Shown here piece after piece: positions 1-12,343 of a DNA stretch of 64,000 nucleotides (the first letter of the stretch is position 1; every line of letters begins with the position of its first letter). The notes below the pieces were generated by a model, which did not search any database, was not told the DNA's origin, and saw only the letters and a program-made list of their open reading frames with translations. Both the position numbers and the translations under genes were made by a program. This DNA comes from Chara braunii (taxonomy: Eukaryota > Plantae > Charophyceae). Location of the stretch: NCBI GenBank assembly GCA_003427395.1, contig BFEA01000005.1:4539414-4603413 (forward strand). The letters run 5' to 3'.

Positions 1-170
1 TCGAGCAATCTGGGGCAGGATACGCAGGTCCACATTTTCCATTACGAGGACGCCCGCCGACCCGCGCCCTGACCATCGCCCAACTTTCCTGTCCTTTCTC
101 TGGCTGCAACTCTGTGGGCGCTCGCTTCCGGGACTTCTCGGCATGTCCTTCACACCCCACCCCACTCCAA

Positions 171-174
<4 letters not shown>

Positions 175-250
<76 letters not shown>

Positions 251-256
251 CGCGCG
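175..256. repeat. (CT)n followed by (CG)11 microsatellite in intron 1 of SDP6
   Basis: Direct reading: CT repeat 175-234, CG repeat 235-256. Confidence 0.97.
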
Positions 257-605
257 AGCAGAGAGTCGCCCCTGTGTGTGGGTGTACATGCCAGAGCGCA
301 TCAGAGCACATGTCCTTCACGTAAAATAAAAATCTTAAAATACCAGAAGTTACCAGTTTCAAGATAATTCCCGCTAAGGTCCAACAATGGGTGGTCCTGG
401 AGGAAAAACGGCTCCCACGATTACTGACAACAGAAGCTACGATCTAATACTACTAAATATTCGGCCGAGGATGACGTGTGAACAAGAAGGGTAAGGGCTG
501 CTGAGAGGGAAAGCGAAGGAGGAAAGGAAAAGATAGAACGTTAGGCGAAGGAGAAAGACGGGGGATCAGCGAGAGGAGGAAGAGGAACAGGTCCTGAGTT
601 CGAAC

Positions 606-939
606 CTCCATGAACGAGCTTCGTGCTCCTCGATGAGGTGCCTGAGCCGAAGTCCTCCCTCTCCACAAGTGCCACCTTCAGCCCCCGCGTGACCGCGTCC
701 AAAGCCACCCCGGTGCCGGTCGCTCCGCCGCCAATGACCAGCACATCGTACGGATTAGCGGCGCTGCTCCCGCGCAGTGCACTGAGCATTGTTTCGCGCG
801 ACGGCACTTCGTCGGCCAACACGGGCAGGTTGACCTCCCTCTTCTTTGAACGACTGCGGCTGTATGAGCTGTTGGCCACATAGGTGGCCGATGCCACCGC
901 CACCGCCAAAATCAGCCGAGAGGAATTCCTGAGAGCCAT
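606..939 (-). CDS. SDP6: First coding exon of mitochondrial FAD-dependent glycerol-3-phosphate dehydrogenase; gene continues leftward out of the window
   Basis: ATG at 939 gives [20 protein letters not shown]..., then the FAD-binding motif [47 protein letters not shown]. Homology stops at a phase-1 GT donor (G|GTTCG, 605-604), where the family continues GVRYL. Confidence 0.93.
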
Positions 940-2794
940 TTTGACGGTTACGTCGTCAGACACGTGGCAGCCTCGCTGCGTTTTGCGGTCGCCGATCAGC
1001 CACGTTAGTCAACGGCAAAGATCCGGTCATCACACCATTGCCGCAGCAGATCGAGTAGTAACTTCCCAATTGCCAAACGCCTGAACCAAAAAGGCGCCAG
1101 TGCCAGTTGGTGAGCATCGGAATGAAAAAAATGCGCGCCGACAGCAAAGATCGAGATCAAAGTCGCGCCCGAAACCGCGCCAACTGCGACGATCGATATC
1201 CAATTGACGCCAAGCACGAGTCACACACACGACGTTACGCGCTATATCGCTCCTCAGCGGTGCTCCGCCCGTGCTTGGATCGTCATGGAATCATATCATA
1301 TCACATTGACAACAATTGCATGCGAAAACCGACGAACCGGGTCGTTGGCGCGCGCGCTCCAGCACTTCCCCTCCCACCTCTTCTTCCCGCCATTCCAACG
1401 ACATCACCGATCTCTGCATCCATCGACTTCCAGTTCACTCTCTCCGTCTTTCTACCCTGACCCTCCCGCGTGTCTCGCTTTTCGGAGTCTGATCGGTAAC
1501 GTAGCCTGCGCGCACACGCCGCCTAGCCTACTTGTGTTGTGCCGTTCGTCTCGATGAATTGAGAGCCGACGGCGAGCCTTTCTGTTACCCAAATAAATAC
1601 TACATTACCCCAAAAACGCGTGGTATATATAGCGTATTAGGATAGATGCACGTGCCAAAGAAACATAAAGCGGGGCATGAGGGATTCCCTTGCCACTGCG
1701 GATGACAAGCTGGACTCCTTGCGTGCTGACTCGGTCCGTTCATCGGGGGCTGTGATTCGTCGTCACCTCCGCAAGAAAAGAAACAGCCCAAGAAAGTCCG
1801 CAAAGCAGACTCCTAGGAGGCTTACCATGAATTCGCCTACTACCAAACCGACCGTAACCAATAAACCACCTCAGCGGACCCCTCGAATGGGCCAAGGACT
1901 GCATTCATTACTCAGGGTGTGATCACAAGGCATTCGATCCGAGGTATGCACAGCTTAGGATGAACACGGTGCGCCTGCTCACTAGGATTGCATGGACAGA
2001 CATAGGTGACTCCCAGGAGGGTTAGGACCAGACCACTCTGGCGCTATGCCCCAGCTGAATAAGCAGGACCCTGGTACAGGGCACGGCTATATGGCAGTTG
2101 CCTCAGTAGTCAGCCATTTAGTTGTCCCGATACTTTCTTTATGAGACCACCTTCCCTACCCGTTCTCTCATCAATTCTCCTGGCCCACCACAACTCCAAC
2201 TATCCTACCTCCAGTATCCCGCCCAGCTATTGATGTTGAGCCTACAAAAGCCCTGCGCGCAGTTTTCTACCGAACCACCAGCGCACCAAAAGCTTTTTCT
2301 TTTGGCTGGCGCCGCCAGCCATTGTGGCCCAGTGGCCCCGACGCCTGCAAGTTGCGGGGCGTTAACGACAAGGGGCCGCGGCCAATGTATGGGCCAGATA
2401 CTGGTGGCTTGATCACTCAAGACCATCACCCGTCTACCATCTTCGAGGAGTGACTTTGACCCAATGGAGGTTATAGGCACCAGGGATGGGAAAATAGCCC
2501 CACCCAGCCCTAGTTGAACCATGATCGGACGAGCCTTGTCGTACAGGTACTCCAGACTCAAAACTCAAGCATTCTTCTACCGGTCCCATATGATACCCAA
2601 ACCCCTCAAGCTTATCACTTGGCCATGCCTGATAAGCCCCCCAAGCCCAAATCTAGCCTATGACACCCTCTAGAGGATGCCAGGCACCCCTAAATTGTTC
2701 TCTAAGCCCCGCAGATTGCCATTATAGTTGGTATCATACAGATAATCTCGGGGTTCTGGTTTTCTAATCAGCATATGACGGAGTACCATTACAC

Positions 2795-3150
2795 TGTCGA
2801 GCACATCAGTCCCACACAGGGACCCTCACGCACTCATCACGCAGAATTTCGCCATTTGTGTCGCAAAGCGTTTTCAGGAGCAGTATTGTCCTGGTCGAGT
2901 GCGCCAGCTATACCTTTCTCAAGTTCCTACGATAGGATAGGATCTCGCAAGGTATAACTTACCTCCACCCGGGGGAGTTGTCACCATCTCTGGGTGGGTA
3001 TATCCCCGTCGAGCCAGAGGTCCCCGTGCGAGAGTTTTTCCATGCGGTCGCAGAGATGGATCAACCAAGGGTGTTTCTCGTTCGTTGTAATATAGGGGGT
3101 ACGTGTGGTGTCGGTGCGGTCGCAGAGGTGGATCAACCAAGGGTATTTGT
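2795..3150 (+). mobile_element. Left end of TGTCG-family element, copy 1, containing structured motif A
   Basis: Starts TGTCGAGCACATCAGTC, matching TGTCGAGCGCATCGGTC at 27952. Shares blocks GAGTGCGCCA, ACTTACCT, GTTGTCACC, GGTGTTTCTC and TAGGGGGTACG with copies at 12344, 27952 and 36710(-). Confidence 0.75.
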
Positions 3151-3288
3151 GCGTATTTTTGTGTCTCGCACGAGACGCATCTTAGATCATATTTGAGAGA
3201 GTAGCACATTTTTGTGCAGCCCGCAACCGACTCTCATAAGTCAGAACAGCAAGCACGCATGTGATCAAATTAGATAGTGTGTGAGCCT

Positions 3289-3934
3289 TGTCGGTGCGAA
3301 TACCCTTGCAAGGGTATCCGCCCTATGTTTTTGTGGCGGTCACCAGGTATGGTGCTTCGTCTAGGATAGAGATGGAGATGGAGGATGATGGTGGAGCAAG
3401 ATGACACAACGCAACTCCCACGTAGACTCCAACGCACGTACTCCAAACTGTACGGATGTAGAATGATCCGAAGTACAAACTCTGGTTGGGCTATACCCCA
3501 GCGGACTTACAGGAATGGACTGGACTGGCTGGTACCGAGAGAGGTACCGACCTAGACAGGACTACCCCGAATACAGCACAGGCCTGTGAGAACATGCCAA
3601 GGGGCTGGTCTCACAGGCCAACCAGAGGTCCGCTACATGATCCTCGGCCTGTGATGGATCGCCTAGATACAAGCACGCTTCCACCAAGAAGCGGAACTCT
3701 ACCAAAGGAAAGAAAACTCGAGTAGTCTAGGATGCGGAGCAAGCTCCATGCTGAGTCCATGCGATGCAACCTAGGATAGAAAATGTCACAAAAGCAGCAA
3801 TATCACAGCTAACATCCTAAGTGAAAGCAGAAAGCAACTAACTAGTATACATGTCCTAGGAAAGCAGAAAGTAATGACAACTAAATCCTAGAATGTTGGA
3901 GGTAGTACCCTCAGTCTGAGAGCTCCACGGACTT
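3289..3934 (-). mobile_element. Probable LTR segment ending in the hairpin-CCGACA terminus
   Basis: Plus strand begins TGTCGGTGCGAATACCCTTGCAAGGGTATCCGC, nearly identical to 22240 and to the reverse complement of 21640-21674. It lies 3' of the minus-strand pol at 4504-6860. Confidence 0.55.
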
Positions 3935-4503
3935 TGTCACGACCAGCTGTACCTATTTCAGACGTCGTCACTCTCTTACCACTTTACCCTGTACAGTACC
4001 CTGGTTGTGTCGCATGATGGTCTCCCTTAGCCGGGTTCCTCCGAGTTGGGCTCTCCCGTGGTATACGCATAGGCATCGGGACCGTAGCGTTGCCCTGGCT
4101 TCCCAGCTTACGGATCTAGCTCCAACTTTCCTCACCTTAGGAGTCATCTGTATGATTCCCTTACCCATTACTTTTTCTACGCTCTGCCGACCCTCACGCC
4201 CTAGTTAGGCAGCCTTGCATGCTTCATCTAGGTGCGCCCAGTATACCAGGCTCCCTTATTCCCTTGCATGGTCGACCCTCCATAGCGGTCATCCCTTTAG
4301 TCGAGCATTACCCGGCCTGATGATCTATCTGTTAAGGTCATTGGTTCTATTCGCTCTCAGTTTCCTACCCTCATTAAGCCTGATGACATGTGTTTCCCTG
4401 TCTTTATGTGTGGATGCCATTAGGAGTTATCGCCCCTAGGCTGCATTTGCCACCCTCAAAGACCATCTCACCCTGTGGTTTGCAACACACCCTTCTTGTG
4501 ACA
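3935..4503. mobile_element. Solo-LTR-like segment (TGTCAC...GTGACA)
   Basis: Inverted 6-bp termini; internal part homologous in reverse complement to 26830-27180. No matching TSD seen. Confidence 0.5.
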
Positions 4504-6860
4504 TATAGTTGTCTTGTTACTGTTGTGTTTGTCCATGAAGAGAAGTCCGGGATCCCGTCGAGGAAGAGTCGCAACGTCGACGAGTTGAAGTAGCAAAACT
4601 GGAGTGGATGGAGTACTGAGAAGTCAAAGACGTGGGAAGATAAGTCAGAGTCAATCGTCGTATCGAGCAGGACGACGACGAGTGCGTTGTTGACGCTCAT
4701 AAGCACCCAGCTGTTGCCAAAGGCCTGCCTCAGATGGACCAGGCTCGACTTCAGCGGTCTCCTCAACCGAGCGAGAAGGAAGAGGGTCAGTGGGTTGAGG
4801 AGGAACAGTAAACCCAACACGACGAGCACGGTCATAGGCACGCACCAATATGCGAGAGTGCTGCAAGTGTTCGAGGGGCTCCCAAGTAGCCTCATCAGGG
4901 TAACCCTTCCAATGTACGAGATACTCGACGTGAGGAGCGTTGTCGTCGGTGACTCATTGACCAATGATGTATGAAACGAGGAACTCCTCGTGGCCATCCA
5001 CCATGATGGGTGGAGGGTGGTCGTACGACCGTCCAACGAAACGATCAGACGGTCTGCGGTAGGGGCGCAGTAACGAGAAGTGGTAGACATCGTGCACACG
5101 AGCCTGACGTAGGTAGTCGGACAGCTTCATACGAAAGCTGACCGGGCTAGATATCGTATCAGATTCGATGGCTTGGAGAATGCGGCATGGGTCAAAGAAG
5201 TGACGTCGGAACTTGTAAAGCGTGTCCGCTTCGAGCTGTAAGTGGCGGGTGTCGCGAGCACATCATCAACAACTTTGAATGGATGATCCATCCTCGATCG
5301 GTTCGGATGTGCGGCCATGCGAGTCTGGGAAGCGGCTATGTGCTCATGCGCGGTCTTCATGATTGACATCATGTGTGCAACCCAATCATCCAGCGCGGGA
5401 CAACTCGTGTCGAGGTGCATCTGTGATGGTCGCAGGAAGTCCGGGGGAACACGAGGGTGATAGCCGAGGTCGCAATAATAAGGCAACATCCCTGTGGTTG
5501 GCGAGATCGCGTGGTTGTAGGCTATCTCCGCGTGGGCAAGATGAAGATCCCATTGCTCGTCATCACGAACAATCTTTCGGAGAATATCTCTTAGAGTCAT
5601 GTTCGTGACGTCGGTCTAACCATCAATCTGGGGATGGTAAAACGAGGAGAAGTGGAGTTAGGTACCGAACACCTCGTCAAGTCGTCGCTAGAATCAGCTG
5701 GTAAAGCACGGGTCACGGTCAGATATGATGCTCAGAGGTAAGTTGTGGTCACGCACGACTCGATCAAACATGCTGTCGGCGACCTCACGTGCACTGATGG
5801 CATAGCGGGACGGAACAAAGCGTTTGTGCTTCGTGAAGCGGTCGAGGACGACCAGGATAGCATAATGACCGCGGGGGGTAGGAGGACGAAGAGAACCGAT
5901 AAAGTCCATCGAGATGGACTTCTAACGACCCTCAGGAATAGCAAGAGGATGGCGCAAACTATAAGGCAGGTGGTTCGGACTATTCACCTCTTGATAGGTG
6001 GGACATTCTGCGAAGTAGTCGTTCACAAAGTCCTTGCACTTCGGCTAGACATACAGGCGGCTCACACGAGCCAACGTCTTGTGGAAGCCCATATGATCGA
6101 TGACTGTCTAGTCATGGAACTCTTTGACTACCCAGACACGTAGCTGTCCTGTGGAGGGAACGCAAATGCAGGGCTCTCTGGTGCCATGTGAACCGTGCCA
6201 GTACACAAGACCGGTGTCCTTGAGAGAGTAGTTCGAGACGGTCTTGCCACTCCGAAGGGTCGCATGGATGTCGCGATAGTCGGGGTAGTGGCGGTACTGA
6301 GTGCGAAACTCGTTGGTCACCGAGTGGTGGACAGTGGTGACCGGGATGGCACCGAGCTGAATCTGCTCAAGATTATGGTCAGGGCGTCGGGATAAGGCAT
6401 CTGCGACTCGGTTGGTCTCACCCTTGATGTGCTCAGTGGTGAAACTAAACTCGGAAAGGTCGCGCCACCAGCGAGCCTCTTGAGGAGTGAGCTTAGGCTT
6501 TGTAAGAAAAGCCTGGACAACAGAGTTGTTTCTGCGCACTGTGAATGGTGCCCCGTACCGGTAGTGGCACTAGTGCCGAGTGGCATAAACTATTGCGAGA
6601 ACCTCATGTTCATCAACAGTGTAGTTTATCTTGGCGAGTAGGAGCTGACAGGAGTAGAAGGCTATCAGACAATCACTTGAGTGAGACTCGACAATGCCGT
6701 CCCCGACAATGGTATGGGAATAGTCAATAGAAGGTTCGTCAGTAGCTGAACAAGTAGGCGTCAGGCGGAAAGCAGTGGTAGGGGTAGGAGGTGGGCAGTG
6801 AGGGATGCGAGGATTGAAGGGAACGAGCGAAATTTATAGAGGTGGGAAGTTAGATCCGGC
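4504..6860 (-). mobile_element. Degenerate Ty3/Gypsy chromovirus pol 3' half (RNase H, integrase, chromodomain)
   Basis: Broken frames contain NRVADALSRRPD, MDFIGSL...VVLDRFTK...IISDRDPCFTS, AEIAYNHA, HPFKV, and the chromodomain YLVHWKGYPDEATWEPLEHL. Confidence 0.93.
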
Positions 6861-7800
6861 CACCGGTGCCGCGGACTTTATAGAGGTGACCGTCTAAAGC
6901 TTTGTTGTGTAGCACACGATGCGGTAAGGCATTCTAATTGCCTATATGGCAGTATGGTTTGGCATGGTAGCCAATATATGCGATGGTTATGAGTGGGGCA
7001 TGACACTTTGTGCGGTAAGCGTGAGAAGCGGCAACTGTAAGTATGGCCGATAGGCCAAGGAGTGGCCTTGGGAGTGTGCGACGAAGCCACACAGCAAGCG
7101 GGACCCGTTTAAATGAATTTCCGCTAATGCTAAAATCAGCCTGGACCTAGCACTATCGGTTATAATGTCGGACTTCCACGCTGCAAATTTGAGGATAAAG
7201 GCTGGTGGGCGACAGCGTAGGGGCATTAGAGCAGTTCGAAGAGGCCGAGGGGTTGAGGGCCTGGCGGGGCCATCCCACTTGGTTTTGTTGTCAACAACGT
7301 CTGCGGGTCCGATATATGGGACCAAGGGTATGTTAGAGTTTCCTCCCTCTCCTTCATTACTATTTATATATTTATATTTTATTTGATTTTTTAGCCTTTT
7401 ATTCGTATTCCATTTTTCTTTTGAGACAGGTACTAGTTCCGATGCCAGATCCGTGACCGGAACTTATACTGAAGCCGACAGGCCTGGCTCATTCGGTACA
7501 CCTCTAAACTGTTGAAAGATAGATGTATGCTCAAACTCCACGAGAAGCAGATGACTGAAATGCCCTAAATTCTTAATTACTTAGGGCCGATCACTTCGAT
7601 GGTGATACCTCAAGGCTGGTACCAGTGGCACCGCCCTTTGGGACATCCGTTGAAATTGGAACGATATTGAGAAGATTAGCATGACCTTGTGCAAGACTGA
7701 CACACCTACAGTATGCTACATTTGCTCGAATCTGACGAACGGGGAGGATCAAATTCATACGATGCAGGTTTTGCCGAGGCTTGAGCAAGCGAAGCACAAA

Positions 7801-8031
7801 CGGGTGTATCATCTGCCACCTTATCCGCTAGGAGAGGTTTGAGTGTAGGCATACCATTGAGACCGAAATATGGTAAACTATGACTGGGCAGAGTGGGCCT
7901 AAGGCATTGTGGGGAGACTCGCAGCGATACCGCATGCAAATCATTCGTCGGACTTGGGTATAGGAGTGGAAGGTTACTCGAACCGTCTAGTAGCTGGTTC
8001 CCTCCGAAGTTCCCCTCATGATGGTTGTAGC
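7801..8031 (+). pseudogene. Diverged 25S/28S (LSU) rRNA fragment, domain II
   Basis: GCAAATCATTCGTCGGACTTGGGTATAGG...TCGAACCGTCTAGTAGCTGGTTCCCTCCGAAGTTCCCCTCA and the upstream GACCGAAATATGGTAAACTATG match the conserved eukaryotic LSU rRNA core. Confidence 0.9.
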
Positions 8032-8269
8032 GGTTGAGGAATTCTCACATGGTTGCCGGACCCCGGGCTACAATGACCCACAACCTGGCATCACTTCCAC
8101 CCCTGCACCGGCCCCGATATTTGCCGCCTCAGTGCAGGCCCATCATCCTCTCTCCCCTCGCCGTCAGCACAACGGTCGCCCCCCCTTGTGCGTCTGTCGG
8201 ATATACCTGACTATTATGGTACATTTTGTGTGTCGCATTGGTTGCAGGCCGCCACACGTACGCTGACAC

Positions 8270-11200
8270 TAACAAACACTAGTTAGAAGTTGTGGTGCTC
8301 TATGCTCGCAACTAAATTGTGAGGCAACACTTTCTTCGCATGGGAGAACTACTATACCCATCGTACTCGCTCGGGTGAGGCTCCCATTTTCATGGACTTC
8401 ACCACGTTCCTTCATGATCGCTATGAAACTCTACACAACGTGACCAACGCCTTAGATCGGGGCACCCAGACATAATGGCGCCGGTCCTCCGCACCAGCAG
8501 ACCTCGAGCGTCACATCCAAGTGTTTCAAAACGCTCGCCTCATTTGCAATGAGGCACTCCTACCTGAGGTCCTTTTGACCAACAAGTTCCTCTTCAACCT
8601 TTCGACTGATTACCGCATCGAGCTCTGGCGACAAACCTTCCCCTCCACAGAGCAGGCCTATGAGGCTGTTCGACAGTACCAGAAGATGCAGAATCGCTTC
8701 TCTGACACCCCATATTCTTCGCGATCCATTGCCGCCACCCAGTCACGCGACTCGGGGTCAATCCTCTTTTGCTGGCCGCTTTTGCCGACCAGCTCGGCCG
8801 GGAGCGCCATTCTCTCGATGCTACAGTTCTCTCGAGTATGACGAGGATGCTTTAGTTGACCTTGGGCGTGCCCTCAAGGACCTCGAGCTTCGGGACGTCA
8901 TCCAGTACCACTTGGATGACGACACTGTCCAGGTGGCCGACCGCTTGCAAATGACAATGTCCATCATGGGTCATGCATGCAGTCGGGTTGCAAAGGCGGG
9001 CACCCGCACGTTCCGGTCCCTCAGATAGACCTTCCGCAGGGTTTCGTCCCTCCTCTCCGCCTATCCTTTGAGGAGCTTGTCACGGTTGCCTTCATTGTCG
9101 CCAGGATGAACACACCTCCTCACGGTGTCCATATCATGCCGCCCTCGATCAACACTATACTGACATTTCTCGTCAGCGCCGATCTCAGTCCCCCCCCCGG
9201 CCCGCCCGACCAGTCTCATCCAGCTAGCCACGGTGCAGTGCGTCGCTCAGACCTCGCACGTAGCTGACTTCTCGACCACCGAGTCGCGGCTTGCCCCTCT
9301 GGCTACCACATCAGAGGATCCTCAAGACACGACAGACGCAGTTCCCTCTGCCCCGTCGTCTGTCGAGGTACCGTCTGCCCCACTGCATACCGCCGCATCT
9401 AGTGTTTTCCCTCCGCAACTTCCGATGCGTCGCGCCATTCGCACAACTCGTTGTAGCACCCAACTATCGACTCGCGATAACGTTGTGTCATCTCTCCTAG
9501 ATTTGAGAAGTTTTCAGGCTCGTCAGGAGTGACCCACAAGATATGTAAACGTCCCACATCGTCTTCTCGCTCTGCTCTCGGATCCTGATCACACCCTCCT
9601 TATCATTCCTATCCGCTTGGGGACATCTATGAGGGTGTACCGCACTTTATGGGACTTCGACTCGCAGGGAGATTTCGTCCACCCTCGCATGGTTGAGGAA
9701 GCTCGTCTAGCTACCTTCGAGTCTCGTTCTCCTATCTTCGCTACCTTCAGAGATAACAAGACGTAGCGCTTCTTCGATCAGACGGTCCCAACTTCCACTT
9801 TTCCCTCACCATCCAGCCACCGGATAGTATTCAGACGCCTCACTGCTACCATTCCTCCGCATACTTCAACGTGCAAGAGACTGGGTACGACTAGGCACAC
9901 GGGCCGAATAGGCAACCGAGACACTCGTTCTCAAAACGAAGTGTGGTCAGACCCATCGAGTCTCCTCAATTGGAACCACGAGCGACACTCTTTCCGACCT
10001 ACCTTCCCAGGACTCTCGTCCCTCTAGGTTCCTCCCAGAAATCGCCTTCACTTCTCTTCGCCAGTTTGCTCACTTCATACGACAGGAGAACGTCACGTTC
10101 TACTTAGTGAACGCCATGGATCTTCTTCCCTATGATCCACTCTGTCCAGAGGTTGAACTCATTTCATTGGAGTCCGATCCCCCTGACCCTCTCTCTATCT
10201 TCGCGGCTCTCATCTCTACTTCCACTTCTCAGCCTGCACATACCCACTCCACATCCCAGGTCCCTACGCCATTCACTAACGAGTCCACACATACGTCTCG
10301 TGCCGACACAGATATTGAGGAACTCGCACAGTTTACGACCGACTTAGAGTCCGCTGTTCCCGATCTGATTCGAGAGTACTGCGATATTTTCCCCCCGTAT
10401 TTCTCATACAACGGGATCCCTCCGATGCGCAGTATTGAGCATTCTATCCATTTCGTGCCTGACTATCGTGTCCACCATCAGGCACCCTACCGAAACTCAA
10501 CCGTCAGCTTGAGGAACTCCTTCGACTGGTTTTTATTAAACCCAGTAACTCCCCTTGGGGTACACTCGTCCTCTTTGCTCGCACAGTGGATGAAACTCTT
10601 CACCTCTACATTGACTATCGCGACCTTAACCGTTACACTGTTAAGAACAACATCTCATGCCTCACGCAGATGAGTTGTTTTACTGTCTAGCAGACAACCG
10701 TTTCTTCACGAAGATCGATCTTCGTAGAGGTAACCACCAGATCTGTGCCGCCGCAGAGGACCAGTCGAAGGCCGCCTTTCGGTCGCGCTTCGACCACTAC
10801 GAGTTCACAATGATGCCATTCGGCCTCACCAACGCACCCGCCACCTTCCATAAGACGATGAATGATATCTTCAGGAACATCCTTGAAAAATACGTTCTCG
10901 TATACCTGGACGACATCTTGGTCTACAGTCATACCTTAAAAGACCATCTAAGACACCTCCGCGATGTCCTACAATGCTTATGCAATGATGACTTCTATGC
11001 CACGCTCAGTAAGTGCCTCTTTGCCCAGCTCAAAGTGGACTTCCTAGGACATTGTGTGTCTGACCAGGGTCTCCACATGAGTGACTCGTTCCCACATCCG
11101 TCAAGCAACCTTGCAGTTTCCTAGGCCTCACTAGTTGCTATAGTAATTTCATCCGCGGATATGCTAGGTATTCCTACGTCCTTACCTCCACCCTCCTCCG

Positions 11201-12343
11201 GAAGAACCCGCAATGGTTTTGAACACCCCTTTGCGAGGACGCCTTTTGCGCTCTCAAGAAGGCGGTGACTTGTGCGTCAGTTCTCAGTCTCCCCGATTTT
11301 GACCGTCTCTTCATCGTCATCATTGATGCGTCAAATTTTGCAGTCGGAGTTGTACTTTCTTAGATGTTCCCCTCTCCTCTTGATTCACCTTATCCCCATG
11401 TTCCTTACTTCCCCCCTCCTCCTGGTGACATTGCTTCTCGACTGACGTCTATCCTCCCACCAGTTTCCTCAACTGACAATCCTCGCGTCACTTACTTCCC
11501 GACCATCGTGGAGGGTGAGACTGTTGATGCTCATGTTTGGAATTGCTCGATCACTTTCTACTCCCTTCAGCTACTGTCTGTCGAGATAAACTACACTGTC
11601 GATGAACGTAAGGTTCTTGCAGTAGTTTATGCTACCTGACATTGGCGTCATTCTCTGCACGGGACGCCCTTCACAGTACGCACAAATAACTCAAATATCA
11701 AGACTTTCCTCACGAAACCCAAACTTTCTCCTCGACAAACACGTTGGTGGCGTCATTTCTCCGAGTTCAGTTTCACCACTTTGCCTATCAAGGGTGAAAT
11801 GAACCAGGTCGTCGATGCCTTATCCCGTCATCTTGATCACAATCAGGAACCTATCCATATTGTTGCCATCTCCATCACCACTGTTGATCAGTCGATGATC
11901 GACACATGTCACACTAAGTACCGTTACTGTCCAGATTATTGCGTCATCCACGCGATATTGCAAAGTGGCAATACCGTTCCTTCATACTCCCTAGGTGAGA
12001 ACGGTCTCGTGTACTGGCCGTGGCAGAGTTCCACGACCAGGTAGTTGTCTGTCATATGGGATTCCATAAGATTTTGACTCGTTTTTGTCGCCTATACGTC
12101 TGGCCGAAGTCCAAGGATTTTGTCAAGGCCTACATACAAGAGTGTGCTACCTGTCAGGAGGTGAACAATGCGAACCACCTTCTGTATGGGTTACTGCAGC
12201 CACTACCCATACCTGAGGGTCATTGGTAGTCCATCTCGATGTATTTTGTTGGTCTCATTCTTCCACCCACTAAGCGCAGTCATGATGTTATCTTGGTCGT
12301 CGTCGATCGCTTCACAAAACGTACACGTTTTGTCCCGTGCCAC
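8270..12343 (+). mobile_element. Degenerate Ty3/Gypsy chromovirus gag-pol, part 1 (gag, protease, RT, RNase H, start of integrase)
   Basis: RT motifs FFTKIDLRRG, MPFGLTNAPATF, YVLVYLDDILVYS, VDFLGH; RNase H DASNFAVG; integrase H..MGFHK...CATC and VVVDRFTK. The frame is cut at FVPCH (12343) by an insertion. Confidence 0.93.

Noticed and set aside
541-605. C-terminal part of the 140-aa ORF ([10 protein letters not shown]...) and its GTG start at 963
   Set aside because: Read-through into intron 1; the likely start is the ATG at 939.
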